64,000 nt of DNA from the NCBI RefSeq assembly GCF_963921235.1, contig NC_086101.1, forward strand, positions 4,714,001 to 4,778,000. Direction: 5' to 3'. The notes under the pieces are model-generated. The model was not told where the DNA came from and ran no database searches. It saw only the letters and a list, made by a program, of their open reading frames with translations. The translations under genes were made by a program, and so were the position numbers. This DNA comes from Mobula hypostoma (Eukaryota). Position 1 is the first letter of the stretch, and each line of letters opens with the position of its first letter. This document shows positions 63,055 to 64,000 of this stretch, piece by piece.

Positions 63055-63620
63055 AACTGAAAGAAGAGCTAGTAAGAGACTGGGAGATCGTTTTGCTGAA
63101 CACCTACACTCTGTCTGCCAGAGAAAGCAGGATCTCCCAGTGGCCACACATTTTAATTCCACATCCCCTTCCCATTCTGATATGTCTATCCACGGCCTCC
63201 TCTACTGTAAAGATGAAGCCACACTCGGGTTGGAGGAACAACACCTTATATTCCGTCTGGGTAGCCTCCAACCTGATGGCATGGACATTGACTTCTCTAA
63301 CTTCCACTAATGCCCCACCTCCCCCTCAGACCCCATCCGTTATTTATTTATATACACACATTCTTTCTCTCTCTCTCTCTCTCTCTCTCCTTTTTCTCCC
63401 TCTGTCCCTCAGACTATACCCCTTGCCTATCCTCTGGGTTTTCCCCCCTCCCCCTTTTCTTTCTCCCTAGGCCTCCTGTCCCATGATCCTCTCATATCTC
63501 TTTTGCCTATCACCTGTCCAGCTCTTGGCTCCATCCCTCCCCCTCCTGTCTTCTCCTATCATTTTGGATCTCCCCCTCCCTCTCCCACTTTCCAATCTCT
63601 TACTAGCTCTTCCTTCAGTT

Positions 63621-63656
63621 AGTCCTGAGGAAGGGTCTTGGCCCGAAACGTCGACT
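63621..63656 (+). ncRNA. Minimal type I hammerhead ribozyme motif (Penelope-associated)
   Basis: AGUC-CUGAGGA-A-GGG-UCUUGG-CCC-GAAA-C-GUC-GACU; predicted cleavage after C63652. Confidence 0.7.
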
Positions 63657-64000
63657 GTACCTCTTCCTAGAGATGCTGCCTGGCCTGCTGCGTTCACCAG
63701 CAAATTTGATGTGTGTTGCTTGAATTTCCAGCATCTGCAGAATTCCTCGTGTTTACGTGTCAAAGTGAGAACAGATCTCTACAAATCTCTACATGATCTA
63801 CATTCATTACAAATATAAAACACAAAATAATTGATTACATACATTGTGGGCCGAAGGGCCTGTACTGTGCTGTACTGTTCTATGTTCTGTAAGTATTTTC
63901 CCCCTTTAGTATGACACACCAAATCACCACTGGTGCAGCCAATTGGCTTTAGAAGTCACATAATTAGTTAAATGGAGATCGCTGTGTGCAGTTAAGGTGT

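Larger units (their letters stand above)
62955..63756 (+). mobile_element. Penelope-like element: inverted 5' terminal arm, GIY-YIG C-terminus and 3' terminal region, with a 12-bp TSD
   Basis: LGDRFAEHLHSVCQRKQDLPVATHFN...EEQHLIFRLGSLQPDGMDIDFSNF; 62955-63079 is the reverse complement of ~63596-63720; GTGTCAAAGTGA at 62943-62954 and 63757-63768. Confidence 0.9.

Noticed and set aside
51700..64000. atf6b exon 2
   Set aside because: Acceptors examined (e.g. 51846, 51935) give stops or no ATF6-like peptide; the exon is probably beyond the window, though a diverged one could have been missed

Overview
Repeat-rich vertebrate genomic DNA. The repeat families (CR1, Rex1/Babar, L1, L2, Hero, Penelope-like, V-SINE) and TRIM type suggest a cartilaginous fish, probably a ray (inference). 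Three + strand genes are supportable. (1) The 3' part of a TRIM gene (TRIM-A): a 23-nt exon at 3410-3432 and a GPxQYxVW exon at 8792-8901, with no recognisable PRY-SPRY exon of its own. It is followed by a candidate terminal exon whose 51-bp minisatellite can be joined in frame as a ~450-aa repeat tail. (2) A complete 6-exon RING/B-box/coiled-coil/PRY-SPRY gene (TRIM-B, 23641-32443, 477 aa, A33/xnf7/TRIM69-like). (3) The CpG/CCAAT-rich promoter and first coding exon of an ATF6B-like gene (ATG 48982). TRIM next to ATF6B hints at an MHC-linked region. The remainder is nested retroelements, MITEs, Penelope-like fragments with minimal hammerhead ribozyme motifs, an 8.7-kb polypurine tract and several minisatellites, two of them derived from CR1 sequence. 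Repeat boundaries are approximate; family assignments are by eye from recalled motifs.
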